Of a DNA stretch of 64,000 nucleotides, positions 43,228-51,763 are shown in pieces. This DNA is from a bacterium. GTDB taxonomy: Bacteria > Patescibacteriota > Dojkabacteria > GCA-016699595 > JBAXKR01. The translations under genes were made by a program, and so were the position numbers. Location: assembly GCA_037131125.1 (NCBI GenBank), contig JBAXRR010000003.1:3682-67681 (forward strand), read 5' to 3'. The notes beneath the pieces were generated by a model. It worked only from the letters and a program-made list of their open reading frames with translations, was not told the DNA's origin and searched no databases. Each line of letters opens with the position of its first letter. Positions within the stretch are counted from its first letter, which is position 1.

Positions 43228-45291
43228 TTATTTATTATGTAACATTATATAGACTTTTTGGCACTTTTGTATAAGTTCTCGATCTACAATACTAGCTAAC
43301 TTAAACTTAGGTATACCAGATTGCATCGTACCATATACCTCTCCTGGACCTCTAAGTTTTAGATCAAATTCAGAAAGTTCAAAACCATCTGTATGTGTTG
43401 AGAAGTATTTTAGTCTTTCAAGAGATTTCTCACTTAAACCTTTCTCCTCACCTTCTAAAACTATCTGACCATTAATGTTATTAACTTCAGAGTTTTCTTT
43501 TGAATTTTCAGAACTTGGGAAAAGTAAACAGAATGATTGCTTATCTCCTCTTCCTACTCTTCCCCTTAATTGATGAAGTTGTGCAAGACCAAATCTTTCT
43601 GCTGACTCTATAACCATAACTGTTGCATTTGGATTATCTATCCCAACTTCAATAACTTGTGTTGTAACAAGAATATCTACACTTCCCTTCTTGAAGTTAT
43701 CTAGGATATTATTCTTCTCTACTTCTTTTAACTTTCCATGTACTAATTCAACCTTAGCTTTATTAAATATTTTCTTTATTCTTTCATACTCTTCTTTTAC
43801 ATTCTTAAGTTTGTTATCTTCATTTTGTTCAATTAAAGGACAGACAATATATATTTGTTCTTTCTTTTTAAGTCTCTCTTTAATCCAGTCATACCCTTCT
43901 TTTCTCTTCTCCTCAGGAACAATATATGTCCTTATGCTTTTCCTATTCGTAGGTTTTGTTTTAATAATTGAAACAGTTAAATCTGAGAAGAATGTTTCTG
44001 CAACAGTTCTAGGAATTGGAGTGGCTGACATCATTAGAAGATGGGGTTTAAGTCCTTTCATTTCTTTAAATATCTGCTCTCTTTGCTCTACCCCAAATTT
44101 ATGTTGTTCATCTACTATGACAAGTCCAACATTACTTAAGATCTTAGGGTCTTTGTAAAGAATAGAGTGTGTGGTTATATATATCTTCGGTTTACATTTT
44201 TCATCCTTTTCTAAAACTCTATTAATTTCTTTTTTAAGTGATTTCTTTTTAACAATTTTTTCTTTTGTTCCACCAAGCATGAGTACCACTTCGTAATTAG
44301 ATCTTGAAAGCATTTCGTCTATTGTTTTTTTATGTTGAGATGCTAGGACTGTCGTAGGACAAAGAAGTACTACATCAAATCCATTCCCAAGTACAACGTT
44401 TGCTGCAATTACAGATACCGCTGTCTTTCCACTTCCTACATCTCCCATAAGTAATCTATCCATTGGAATATCTTTTGAAATGTCTTCGAGTATTTCACTC
44501 ACTGAACTTTTTTGATCCTTAGTTAATTCAAAATCAAGTTTCATTTTAGATGCCTTAATGATAGACATAGCATGCGCTTTATATTTCACTGCATTTTCTT
44601 TCTTCTTTTGAATCTTTTCAACTACTTCATACATTTCATCAAAAGCAAGTCTGGATATTGATCTTTCTAAATCAGGAAAATCTTTTGGGAAATGAATGTT
44701 TTGAATTGAGTATAAAAATGGAGAAAGGTTAAATTCCTTTAATACATTATCAGGTAAATCTTTAAATCCTGAAAATATTTGATTAACATTATGACTTACG
44801 AGTCTCTGCCTCGCTCTAATCCATTTTTGTGTTATTCCTCTTGTGGAGGGATATACAGGAACAATGTGGCCTAATGTTTGTGGTGATGTGTAACTTTCTA
44901 ATTCAACTGGACTGAAGTTATATGTTTTAAGAAATTTAAGTTTCCCGTACATAAGGTAAGTATCTCCTTCCTTAAGTTGAGTAATAATATATTCCTGATT
45001 AAACCAAAGTATTTGAGCAGACATACTTTCATCTGAGATTTTTGTAATTACAAGCTTCTTGTAACCTTTAAGTTTCTTAACGAAGTGAAAATCTATCCTG
45101 ACCTTAACAGTATGGTACTCTCCATCTAAACATTCCTTTAATGTAGATATCTTTCTTGTGTCTATATATCTTCTTGGAAAGTGGAAAATTAAATCCTTGA
45201 TAGTCAATATACCAAGTCTTTCTAGTACTTCAGAGTACTTTGGACCAACAGATGGAAGGAATCTAACTGGATCATTTAATGAAAACCCCAT
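43228..45291 (-). CDS. recG: ATP-dependent DNA helicase RecG
   Basis: Wedge domain, GDVGSGKT Walker A, DEQHKFG and motif VI QLRGRVGRG. Confidence 0.85.
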   Translation of the reverse strand: MGFSLNDPVRFLPSVGPKYSEVLERLGILTIKDLIFHFPRRYIDTRKISTLKECLDGEYHTVKVRIDFHFVKKLKGYKKLVITKISDESMSAQILWFNQEYIITQLKEGDTYLMYGKLKFLKTYNFSPVELESYTSPQTLGHIVPVYPSTRGITQKWIRARQRLVSHNVNQIFSGFKDLPDNVLKEFNLSPFLYSIQNIHFPKDFPDLERSISRLAFDEMYEVVEKIQKKKENAVKYKAHAMSIIKASKMKLDFELTKDQKSSVSEILEDISKDIPMDRLLMGDVGSGKTAVSVIAANVVLGNGFDVVLLCPTTVLASQHKKTIDEMLSRSNYEVVLMLGGTKEKIVKKKSLKKEINRVLEKDEKCKPKIYITTHSILYKDPKILSNVGLVIVDEQHKFGVEQREQIFKEMKGLKPHLLMMSATPIPRTVAETFFSDLTVSIIKTKPTNRKSIRTYIVPEEKRKEGYDWIKERLKKKEQIYIVCPLIEQNEDNKLKNVKEEYERIKKIFNKAKVELVHGKLKEVEKNNILDNFKKGSVDILVTTQVIEVGIDNPNATVMVIESAERFGLAQLHQLRGRVGRGDKQSFCLLFPSSENSKENSEVNNINGQIVLEGEEKGLSEKSLERLKYFSTHTDGFELSEFDLKLRGPGEVYGTMQSGIPKFKLASIVDRELIQKCQKVYIMLHNK

Positions 45292-45410
45292 TATTTAGTT
45301 ATTATAAATGGTAGTACGGATGCAGCTATTGGAAAGAATACTAATCCAAATATTGCTGCAATTGCAAGAACCCAAATCAAGATTTTTCTGAGTAATTTTT
45401 TGTTATTCAT
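45291..45410 (-). CDS. possible 39-aa small membrane protein whose stop overlaps the recG start (TAATG)
   Basis: Manual translation MNNKKLLRKILIWVLAIAAIFGLVFFPIAASVLPFIITK. Single hydrophobic helix. Confidence 0.3.
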   Translation of the reverse strand: MNNKKLLRKILIWVLAIAAIFGLVFFPIAASVLPFIITK

Positions 45411-45415
45411 TATTA

Positions 45416-46534
45416 TTATCTGCTAACTTTATTCTTCACCATTTCAGATAACTCTTTTATCTTTGGATTGTCAAGATATTTAGTAGCAGGTGCAAGAATA
45501 TTAATTAAAGATCTTGCTACAGCATCCTTAAGATCCATAGGATGTAGTTTCTTTTCAACGAAGTCTTTTTCTAGTTCTTCATATGTTGTATATGTCTTAT
45601 CTCCACCCCACTCTGTTTTTCTTTTTATCTCTATAGTCTTAGTTCCAAGTTTAAAACAAACATGTTTAGACCAGTCAAGAACTGGATTAAGCTTAACTTG
45701 TCCTTCTGGACAGAATGCTTTCATAATCTTTTCTTTAATTAATTCTGGAGAATCACTTAAGAATACTGCACTCATAGGTTTACTTTTGCTCATCTTTGCC
45801 TCAGCTAGATCTTCTCTAGTAAGTTCACCTTTAGCTTGTACTTCTTTAGATGGTGGAGTTAGTCCTCCAAGTAAGTGATGATGGATTGCAATTGGAGAAA
45901 TTCTTTCATCTCCTGCCATCATGGGTTTAATTTTTACTGACTTAGCTACATCAAGAGCTATTACGTGAGCTTTTCTTTGATCCATTCCTGCATGCATTAT
46001 TTGTGTTTGCATGTAGTAAATATCTGCAACTTGCATTGCAGGGTAGATTAGTTTTGCAAAGTCAGTACTTTCTCCTTCTTTTCTTCCCATAATATCTATA
46101 CTTCTTTCAATTCGAGCAAGGGAAGTGTTCTTGGCAATATCTATTACACATGCCCAGTAATCTGATGAATCCACAATATCTGATGCCTTTACAAACTCTA
46201 TTTCATCATATTTAGCACCAACCATTAATGCAGATGCTTTGAATAGCTCTTTGAATAGAGGTATTCCTACTTCATCCATGAATTTAAGATCGCCACCTAA
46301 TTTGTCATTAATCCATGCGTGCCAATCTGCTAAAAATATTGTGCAGTGAACTCCAAGATCTTGAAGTTCTTTTATTACAAGCATTGCACTTACAGCGTGT
46401 CCTATATGGAGATTACCTGAAATTTCAAGACCTATATAGTGCTTGAGAGGGACTTTCTTATCTAAAAGTCTTACTAAAGTATCTTCTCCAATGATTTCTT
46501 CCGTAACGCTTTTTAGTTTTGTTATGTCTGTCAT
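45416..46534 (-). CDS. tyrS: tyrosyl-tRNA synthetase, archaeal/eukaryotic type (class I; no bacterial S4-like C-domain)
   Basis: HIGH and KMSKS motifs. Collinear similarity to archaeal TyrRS (YIG.E.SG..H.GH, LAD.HA..N, YP.MQV.DI.Y, HPMDLK.AVA), with the Tyr-recognising Tyr and Asp positions conserved. Confidence 0.7.
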   Translation of the reverse strand: MTDITKLKSVTEEIIGEDTLVRLLDKKVPLKHYIGLEISGNLHIGHAVSAMLVIKELQDLGVHCTIFLADWHAWINDKLGGDLKFMDEVGIPLFKELFKASALMVGAKYDEIEFVKASDIVDSSDYWACVIDIAKNTSLARIERSIDIMGRKEGESTDFAKLIYPAMQVADIYYMQTQIMHAGMDQRKAHVIALDVAKSVKIKPMMAGDERISPIAIHHHLLGGLTPPSKEVQAKGELTREDLAEAKMSKSKPMSAVFLSDSPELIKEKIMKAFCPEGQVKLNPVLDWSKHVCFKLGTKTIEIKRKTEWGGDKTYTTYEELEKDFVEKKLHPMDLKDAVARSLINILAPATKYLDNPKIKELSEMVKNKVSR

Positions 46535-46599
46535 GCTTGTATTTTAGCAGATTAGAAAAATAAAATGGAAAGAGAAATAATATTAATTATTTTTCCTCT

Positions 46600-46845
46600 T
46601 TATATTGTTGTTTCACTTTCTTTCTGAGAGTTATCATTACTTGCCTGCACAGTTTTTAGTTGTATATTTTGAGATCCAACCATAACTGGAACTGGTTTTA
46701 ATAATACAGATGAAATTTTTTTATGAAAACGAACTGTAACTGGTGCTTCTCCTTCCACATAGAGAATCCCTTTTACACCTTTGGGTAAAGTTGTATCTTC
46801 GTGTACAAATGCACTTTCTGGGTTTGCATGAATTGTGTCTGGCAT
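46600..46845 (-). CDS. hypothetical small protein
   Basis: 81 aa ORF between tyrS and tRNA-Tyr. Confidence 0.4.
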   Translation of the reverse strand: MPDTIHANPESAFVHEDTTLPKGVKGILYVEGEAPVTVRFHKKISSVLLKPVPVMVGSQNIQLKTVQASNDNSQKESETTI

Positions 46846-46882
46846 ATTAATAAAAATAATAAATTATATATAAAAATTTGTA

Positions 46883-47089
46883 TTACATATTGTATTCAGC
46901 TCTTTGTGAATGTACGTTATCTACTCTTGCATCAATAGGGAGTTGCTTGCCTCTCTCATTTACTATAACTATGCTAGTGACTCGGTTAAGAGCATCTCTT
47001 AATTCGCTATTTGCTTCCAATGCTCCTGGTAACCTTAATTCGTCACCAACTAACATCTCGTTGCTTTGTTCTCCTACTACTGTTGCCAT
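46883..47089 (-). CDS. hypothetical small protein
   Basis: 68 aa ORF. Confidence 0.4.
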   Translation of the reverse strand: MATVVGEQSNEMLVGDELRLPGALEANSELRDALNRVTSIVIVNERGKQLPIDARVDNVHSQRAEYNM

Positions 47090-47118
47090 GATGTATAAAA
47101 TAAAAAATAAATATAAAA

Positions 47119-47150
47119 ATAGAAAATAAAAAATCCCACTTGTGTGGGAT
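47119..47150 (-). terminator. intrinsic terminator (second of two in tandem)
   Basis: Minus strand AATCCCAC-acaa-GTGGGATT followed by TTTTTATTTT. Confidence 0.55.
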
Positions 47151-47175
47151 TCTTATTTTCTTACTAATTTCTTAG

Positions 47176-47202
47176 TACAAACAAAAATCCCGCCTATGGG
47201 AT
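47176..47202 (-). terminator. intrinsic terminator (first of two)
   Basis: Minus strand ATCCC-ataggc-GGGAT followed by TTTTGTTTG. Confidence 0.5.
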
Positions 47203-47253
47203 GACTAGTCGAATAAAATAAATTTTGTTTGTTCTTTGAGTTTTCACGAGATG

Positions 47254-47281
47254 ATTATAATACTCTTGGGATGATTGTCAA
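47254..47281 (-). promoter_or_regulatory. consensus sigma70-type promoter (TTGACA, 16 nt spacer, TATAAT) 14 nt downstream of the tRNA-Tyr 3' end, reading into the two terminators
   Basis: Minus strand ttgacaatcatcccaagagtattataat read directly. Confidence 0.4.
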
Positions 47282-47295
47282 TATATTTAAACATT

Positions 47296-47369
47296 TCCGC
47301 AGGGAAGGATTCGAACCTTCGAATACTGGATTTACAGTCCAGGGTCTTAAACCACTTGACGACCTGCGG
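47296..47369 (-). tRNA. tRNA-Tyr (anticodon GTA), class-I-like with a 5-nt variable loop, C1:G72 and A73; CCA not encoded
   Basis: Manual fold. Acceptor CCGCAGG/CCTGCGG, U8, D-arm with A14 and G18G19. Anticodon stem CTGGA/TCCAG with loop CT-GTA-AA. T-arm GAAGG-TTCGAAT-CCTTC. Confidence 0.85.
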
Positions 47370-47391
47370 ATAGGTATATTAAGTAGTCCTA

Positions 47392-47421
47392 ATTCTAAAG
47401 GATTGCATACCCACTAGTCAA
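47392..47421 (-). promoter_or_regulatory. candidate promoter of tRNA-Tyr (TTGACT, 18 nt spacer, TAGAAT)
   Basis: Minus strand ttgactagtgggtatgcaatcctttagaat, about 20 nt upstream of the mature tRNA 5' end. Confidence 0.35.
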
Positions 47422-47439
47422 AGGAAAAGCCCAATATTC

Positions 47440-48450
47440 TTAATCTCTTGAGCTAACTGCACTTGATGCTCTTGATGAGGTGCTTAGTCTGGATTCAGTG
47501 TTATCACTGGATTCACTACTAGTTCTTTTATCTATTAATGCACCTATTTGTTTTAAGTATGATTTGATTTTAGCAATGCTTTGTTTTGCTTTAGCAAGAT
47601 CGTCTCTTCCTAAGTTTCCTTCATCTTTTGCAGGTTTTGTGTCCTTTGCAGCAACCATAGCATTAAACTTTGTTTCTGCATCTGTTACATAAGTTTTTGC
47701 AGTATTCAATTCTGTTTTAGAATTTGTAAGGTATTCGTTTATTGAAGTATAGTTAGGAATTGTATCTTGGTTTTCCTGTATTGTTGCATCTACTCTTGTA
47801 AGTGTTGTTTCTAATTTCCCAAGGAGGAATTCAAGCCTGTATGAAGCCAATAGACCATATATCTTAGGTCCAAACGTTGCATATATTCTATGCCCCTCAT
47901 AAACGTTTCTTACTTCTGCTTTTAGGTCATCTAGATTTGTTAATCCTTGAATTTTAGCTTTCTCAGTTTGAAGATCTGAAATCTGTTCACTTATTAGATT
48001 GATAAGCTTTGTCTTATTTGCACTTGAGATGTTTGTCTCACTTGTAACCTTTGAGGTAAGTCTATTGGATAAGAAGCTGATTCTTTCATCTATTATTTTA
48101 GTTCCTAGTTCAATAAGCTTAGCTACTTTGTCTGCTGTTTTTGCAGCTTTGTAGGAAGTAAGAGCTGAGTTCGCATCCTTAAGAGTCTCTTCTACACTTT
48201 TAACGCTAGTTTCTTTTGAAGTTGTAGTAAGACTTCTTGAGGTTTCACTGGCTCTACTTTCTGAAGTTCTTGTAGCACTTATAGGTCTAATAGAAGTAGT
48301 TTTAGATGAACTTGATGATGACCTACTAGATTCAGATGCTCTGGAACTACTAGTAGAACTAATAGCGTTAACAGATGTAAGTAGAACACTTGATCCAAGT
48401 GTAAAGTACATTATTAAGGAGATTATGAAGATATTTTTAATAGTTTTCAT
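47440..48450 (-). CDS. secreted Ser/Thr/Arg-rich coiled-coil protein, unknown function
   Basis: Signal peptide, S/T-rich ends and a central heptad-like region. Confidence 0.45.
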   Translation of the reverse strand: MKTIKNIFIISLIMYFTLGSSVLLTSVNAISSTSSSRASESSRSSSSSSKTTSIRPISATRTSESRASETSRSLTTTSKETSVKSVEETLKDANSALTSYKAAKTADKVAKLIELGTKIIDERISFLSNRLTSKVTSETNISSANKTKLINLISEQISDLQTEKAKIQGLTNLDDLKAEVRNVYEGHRIYATFGPKIYGLLASYRLEFLLGKLETTLTRVDATIQENQDTIPNYTSINEYLTNSKTELNTAKTYVTDAETKFNAMVAAKDTKPAKDEGNLGRDDLAKAKQSIAKIKSYLKQIGALIDKRTSSESSDNTESRLSTSSRASSAVSSRD

Positions 48451-48473
48451 TTTATTATCTTAATAATTAATAT

Positions 48474-48791
48474 TTAAAGTGCAGGTGCAGTATCTCTTGC
48501 TGTATCTATACTGTCTGCTTCTTTTAATGTTGCATCTATTTGATTAATTATTGTATCTGTTTCTCCTTGTACGCTATTAAGTCCACTTTGGTTAATTGAT
48601 TCTACAGAAGAACTAGCAGAACTGTCCGATGATGTAGTAAGACTTCCTATTGAAGTTGCTTTACTTGTTGTGCTTGCACTTGTAGATTTCTGATTAAGAA
48701 AGTAGAGTCCTGCAACTATTAGGACAATTAAAACTACTATGATTACTGCCAATATTACCAATATATTAGCTTCTTTTTTTTCACCTTCCAT
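48474..48791 (-). CDS. small membrane-anchored Ser/Thr-rich protein
   Basis: N-terminal TM and S/T-rich ectodomain. 105 aa. Confidence 0.4.
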   Translation of the reverse strand: MEGEKKEANILVILAVIIVVLIVLIVAGLYFLNQKSTSASTTSKATSIGSLTTSSDSSASSSVESINQSGLNSVQGETDTIINQIDATLKEADSIDTARDTAPAL

Positions 48792-48824
48792 TATATGAGC
48801 AGTAATATTTAATTTAAGTAGCTT

Positions 48825-49232
48825 CTATACTATTGTATTTTTTTTCTCTAGTAAAGCCCTTATTTCTTTTGTTTCTTTCTTCAACTCTTCCACTTCTTTA
48901 AAGATCTTGGATACATATTCTTCAGATTTCATATCTGCTTCGTAGTCTGCGTCGTCTCTTATTCTATCTCTCTCCTCTTCTCTGTTCTGGCTCATTAGTA
49001 TAAATGGCATTGTTAGAACACTTATGAATGCGAGCATAAGGTTAAGGAATACAAATGGATATGGATCAACTTTAAAATCTACTTGGTAGGTATTGATAAA
49101 TATCCAAAAGATAATTAGACAAGATTCAGCTATGATGAACTTCCAACTACCTACAAACTGTGTTGCTGTATCTGAAATCTTATCTAGTGTCGACCTATTG
49201 TCGTTCATTTGTTTTAATGTTTTTCTGGACAT
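48825..49232 (-). CDS. DUF1003-like small membrane protein
   Basis: Two TM segments with a GSWKF motif before TM1, then a charged coiled C-terminus. Confidence 0.4.
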   Translation of the reverse strand: MSRKTLKQMNDNRSTLDKISDTATQFVGSWKFIIAESCLIIFWIFINTYQVDFKVDPYPFVFLNLMLAFISVLTMPFILMSQNREEERDRIRDDADYEADMKSEEYVSKIFKEVEELKKETKEIRALLEKKNTIV

Positions 49233-49292
49233 ACGTAATGAGGTTATTTAAACAAGTTTAGTATATATGAAATGAAAATTAAGGTACAGGGT

Positions 49293-50108
49293 CTATATTT
49301 CTTCTAATCTGTGTGTACCTGTGATTTGAATTATGGAGTTAGTCTTTCTTCTTTTAAGATAGTTACCTTTTGTAAGCATAGTAAGTCTATCTGAGTCTAT
49401 TGGTAAAGGGAGAATATTTCCAATTAAAGCAATTGCTTTTGAAAGAAATGTTGGAATGTTAATGAGTAAAGCTTTTGTTTTCTTACTTTTCTTTATTGCT
49501 TTGATCATCTCTTTGTACATATATGTTTTAGGTCCTGCAATCTCGATTATTCTATTTGCGTATCTAGAACTTCCTATGACATTTGTGACTAAACTAGTTA
49601 GATCGTCAATATGTAAAGGTTGAATTAAATACTTTCCTCCACTAAAAATTGGAAGTATATGGAGTGTTTTCATAATCTTTAAAAAGAAACTTAGAGATTT
49701 ATCTCCTTTTCCAAACAACATACAAGGTCGGATTATTGTATATGGAATACCAGATGATTTTATTATTTCTTCAGCTTTTTCTTTGGATTTATAATATTCA
49801 GTTTGTATATTCTCTCCAACTCCAAGAGCACTTATTTGTACAAAGAGTTTTAAGTTATTCTTTTTTCCTGCTTCAAGAAGTTTATTAACATATTCAACAT
49901 GTGCAGATTCAAAAGTGTTGGTTTTGGTTTCCTTAATTATTCCAACTGCATTAATAATACAATCTATTTTGTTTGTTTTAATTACTTCTGAAATTTCATC
50001 AACGTTTAAGTTTCTTTCTAAACTAACAACGGTATGTTTAGTTTTTTTAAATTCGCTTATTATATTTTTCCCAACATATCCATTGGAACCTGCAATACCT
50101 ATATTCAT
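49293..50108 (-). CDS. NAD(P)-binding Rossmann-fold protein (atypical SDR / NAD-dependent epimerase-dehydratase family)
   Basis: N-terminal MNIGIAGSNGYVGKNI dinucleotide-binding motif. 271 aa. Confidence 0.6.
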   Translation of the reverse strand: MNIGIAGSNGYVGKNIISEFKKTKHTVVSLERNLNVDEISEVIKTNKIDCIINAVGIIKETKTNTFESAHVEYVNKLLEAGKKNNLKLFVQISALGVGENIQTEYYKSKEKAEEIIKSSGIPYTIIRPCMLFGKGDKSLSFFLKIMKTLHILPIFSGGKYLIQPLHIDDLTSLVTNVIGSSRYANRIIEIAGPKTYMYKEMIKAIKKSKKTKALLINIPTFLSKAIALIGNILPLPIDSDRLTMLTKGNYLKRRKTNSIIQITGTHRLEEI

Positions 50109-50194
50109 ATCTAGGATTATATCACTCTCAGTAGTTACAAAATACGGGTACAGAATTAATTGACTATATAATACTTGGGGGTATAATTTGGGGC

Positions 50195-50956
50195 ATGCAA
50201 AGTGAAACGGACAAATTTACCAAAGAAGACGCACTATCAGAAGTTTATAGCATTCTATCTGCAAGGCGAAATATCCCAACTGAAACTAATCCAACGCTTG
50301 AACCAGATGTCGCTTTTGAACCAAATGCACCCGAGTGGCTTACATATCTCGGACTTATGAAGGTAAAGATATTTAGAGAACAAGCCAAAACGGGTATAAA
50401 TATTGTTTGCCATGAAATTGGTCCACAAGTTTTGGATGAATATACTTGGTCAAACTACACTCTTTTAGAACTTAGTTGTGCTAAGTATTTAGCAATAGAG
50501 GAAAATGAATGGATTATAGGGGAAATAGAGAAGTACCGAAAAAGTTTAAAGAGTCCGTTAGCATTTTTAATAACATTCTTTGTTCGTAGAAAGCTAGCTG
50601 TTTATAAAGAAGAATTTTTTATGAATGTAAGAGCTTGGGAACTATTGGATGTAATTATTAATGATCAAAAATTAGAAGATAGAATATATAATTGTTGTGA
50701 TCAGTCTCAAATTGAAATTAATGAATTGGAAAGAAAAGTAAGAGAATCTGTTATAGACATGGGGAAGCTTTTAGCTGATGCAATAACAAGTGATTATTCT
50801 TTAGAGAGTAAAGGTCACTTTATCAATGAAAGCCTTACAAATTATAATGTAATACGAAGATATTTAGATGATGTTCTATCGGACGAGGAAGATGATCAAA
50901 ATGGAGATTTAGATAGTGATCCGACTAATGATGATCCAGATCCACTCCCACAATAA
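50195..50956 (+). CDS. hypothetical protein with an acidic C-terminal tail
   Basis: 253 aa ORF. Confidence 0.4.
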   Translation: MQSETDKFTKEDALSEVYSILSARRNIPTETNPTLEPDVAFEPNAPEWLTYLGLMKVKIFREQAKTGINIVCHEIGPQVLDEYTWSNYTLLELSCAKYLAIEENEWIIGEIEKYRKSLKSPLAFLITFFVRRKLAVYKEEFFMNVRAWELLDVIINDQKLEDRIYNCCDQSQIEINELERKVRESVIDMGKLLADAITSDYSLESKGHFINESLTNYNVIRRYLDDVLSDEEDDQNGDLDSDPTNDDPDPLPQ

Positions 50957-51053
50957 GTTTAAATAAAAGTCTTTTTAAATTTTGGATTAATATATATAAT
51001 TTTCTTAATAGATATTAATTTTGTGTAATAAGCGACTTATAGTATAATTAGTA

Positions 51054-51518
51054 ATGCAAGCAGAGCTATGTTCAGAAAGAACAAATCATAGAAGTCCAGA
51101 AATGTCAGGTGTTGTTAATTGGGTGAGAACCAATATCTTATCTCCAATGCTTTCCCCATATTCAAGCGAGACATTTATGAAATCTTTTGATAAAGCTGCA
51201 AAAGATATTCTTTTCGATGAGATGTACAAATTGGAAGGAAGGTTCTTAAAAAGCAGAGAAAGATTTGGAAGTCGTAATTTGCAAGATTTTAGGCAAAGGG
51301 AATTGTATCTACTTCCAATAGCAAAACAAACGCTAAACGATGAATTATTTAAAACGCAAGAAATTAGAGCATTGTATGACATTCTAAATCTTAGAATACA
51401 TTTTCTACCATTAAAACTTCTAGTTCCAATATTTTTTCGGAGGTATAATGAAAAAATTGGGAAATTGAAAATAGCAATCTCCAAAGCAGAGGAAGAAATA
51501 AAAAGTATGGAGATATAA
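51054..51518 (+). CDS. hypothetical protein
   Basis: The plus-strand ORF is more protein-like than the fully overlapping minus-strand ORF 51086..51529. Confidence 0.35.
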   Translation: MQAELCSERTNHRSPEMSGVVNWVRTNILSPMLSPYSSETFMKSFDKAAKDILFDEMYKLEGRFLKSRERFGSRNLQDFRQRELYLLPIAKQTLNDELFKTQEIRALYDILNLRIHFLPLKLLVPIFFRRYNEKIGKLKIAISKAEEEIKSMEI

Positions 51519-51579
51519 CCCTCTTGCAATCTTTATATAGAAAATTCATAATTTAATATATATTTATAAAGAAAATCAG

Positions 51580-51762
51580 ATGGATATTATTAACATCATT
51601 ATTTACGTTGCTATAGCTATTTTCATATTCTGGCTTCTTCTTAAGGTTATTAAGATTACATTCAAAGTTGCCATATTTGTTGCTGTAGTTGTTTTTGTAG
51701 TTAATTTTCTTCTACAGTTTGACCTCATTGGATTCATTACTAAACTTATTAGTGGAAAGTAG
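51580..51762 (+). CDS. small hydrophobic protein (2 TM)
   Basis: 60 aa. Two hydrophobic helices. Confidence 0.35.
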   Translation: MDIINIIIYVAIAIFIFWLLLKVIKITFKVAIFVAVVVFVVNFLLQFDLIGFITKLISGK

Positions 51763-51763
51763 T

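Noticed and set aside
46878-47129. Plus-strand 83-aa ORF
   Set aside because: Antisense to the minus-strand 68-aa ORF and runs through an A-rich terminator region. No coding signal.
47229-47417. Plus-strand 62-aa ORF
   Set aside because: Fully overlaps the well-folded tRNA-Tyr gene and its promoter on the opposite strand.
51086-51529. Minus-strand 147-aa ORF fully overlapping plus-strand ORF 51054..51518
   Set aside because: Only one can be real. The plus-strand product has the more balanced, protein-like composition, but both calls are low confidence.
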